Assembly: GCF_036321535.1 (NCBI RefSeq)
Contig: NC_087436.1
Coordinates: 5,084,001 to 5,148,000, forward strand
Length of the DNA stretch: 64,000 nucleotides
Reading direction: 5' to 3'
Source of the DNA: Camelus dromedarius
Lineage: Eukaryota
The position numbers and the translations under genes were made by a program. A model generated the notes under the pieces. The model saw only the letters and a list, made by a program, of their open reading frames with translations. It was not told the origin of the DNA and made no database searches. Each line of letters opens with the position of its first letter. The stretch's first letter is position 1. Positions 62,783 through 64,000 of this stretch are shown here, in pieces.

Positions 62783-62889
62783 GTCCCTTCATCCTTTAAA
62801 CATTTATTTGCGTTCTGAGAGAGGCTGTGTTCCGACAGCCCTGGGCTCTCAGATGTGATGGAGCTACCCATCTGCAGGCAGCGTGCACA

Positions 62890-63260
62890 CACCACGGGTG
62901 ACACTTAGCGGACCCTCCTGATACAGTATCTTCTCTAACAGGCTCTTTAATACAGCAAGATTAAAGTCCCATGAGACCAGACTCCACACGATCCTGTCAC
63001 AGGAAGCCGGGACAGCATCGGCTGACTTGGGCAGGCGCTCAGTGAACAGGAGGGAGTAAATGCACGCACGCATCAATTCCTGTCATCCACAACACAAAGG
63101 AGGAAGCGCTCAAGTCCTATCCTCACCCACGGCACACGGAGGCTTGGGGAGGGTGGGTCACCTGCTCGCAGTCAGGTTGCTGCTAAGCACCTCAGTTACA
63201 TGTAAACCCACATTGGACTCAGTCCCACGTCTTTTCCATTTTACTGCCCTAAAGCCACTG
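62890..63260. mobile_element. Degraded L2 3' end (+) followed by MIR (-)
   Basis: aagattaaagtcccatgagaccag...gcaggcgctcagtgaacag; then tcatccacaacacaaaggaggaagc...ggaggcttggggagggtgggtcacctgctcgcagtca. Confidence 0.5.
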
Positions 63261-64000
63261 CCAATGCACTAAAATTCTGCATTTGCTTGGGCAGGAGTGG
63301 GACAGGCAGCACTTTACAGGCATGTCCCTGTGTATTCGAAGCATGCCTGAAAACTGGAACAATCTTGGGTGCACTTGAGCCGAGAGCTACGTGGGCATCG
63401 GAAACACAGAAGAGACGCAGAAAGGGTGGCTGCACACACTGCACAGTTCAGACCACAGCTTCTGACATGATTTAACGTTCACAAGGAGTAACAGATTCCC
63501 TGGGCTTTCTAAGGGTTTGGGGTCAATGCCTAGGTCCTAGCCACAAACCTTTATCTTTTCTACTCAAAAAAGCAAATCTAAATGTAAATGAGATTGTGGT
63601 TGTTATAGAAAACCTTTGGTATCTTAGCTATCAATTATTACAAAGGAAAAAAATCAAACATGTTAAAAATTAGATGATTTAAAAACCAACTAGAGATTTG
63701 TCTGTTTCAGAGCATACACGCAAACATAGAAAAAAAGCAAAGTGACAGGTAAAATATGGTTCATGTGGTCATACTATGTGCTGGTGGAGGAGCCCACCAA
63801 ATAAAGCCCACGTGAATATTCCTTCCTTGTTGAAACGTATTCAAATGCTATGGAACGAAATCATCACACTCTAAGGCCGATTATTGCCTTTCTTCAAAAT
63901 AAATGTTAGGCATCCTTTCCATAGACAGAAGGCAGTTCTGTCTTAATTGCTACCCATGTTACTAAGGAGTTTAAAAAAAATCCCTCTTCATCTGATAAGA

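Noticed and set aside
1..64000. Prokaryote-style novel system (CRISPR array, operon, defence island)
   Set aside because: The DNA is mammalian and repeat-rich. There is no regularly spaced repeat-spacer array, and the recurring motifs are dispersed SINE and L1 copies.

Overview
This is mammalian nuclear DNA, very probably camelid (camel, alpaca or llama). The inference comes from 11 copies of a tRNA-Ala(AGC)-derived SINE resembling the camelid Vic-1 type and from a recurring young L1 3' end. The window looks intronic or intergenic, and I could not recognise any host protein-coding exon or name a gene. The only recognisable protein homologies are degraded LINE-1 ORF1 and ORF2-endonuclease fragments. 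The rest is a typical repeat landscape: about 13 L1 pieces (several with TSDs and 5' inversions), old L2 and MIR copies, MaLR/ERVL/ERV1 LTRs, hAT fragments and microsatellites. There is one promoter-like CpG island (about 35.0-35.6 kb) and a second CpG-rich block that lies inside an ancient L2 (about 45.9-46.5 kb). I found no convincing novel biological system. The best leads are a phase-compatible minus-strand four-exon chain running off the left edge, the CpG-enriched L2, an L1-derived hairpin, an ERV1 solo LTR with TSDs, and several rearranged L1 insertions. Repeat subfamily names are from memory of consensus sequences, and boundaries of old repeats are approximate.
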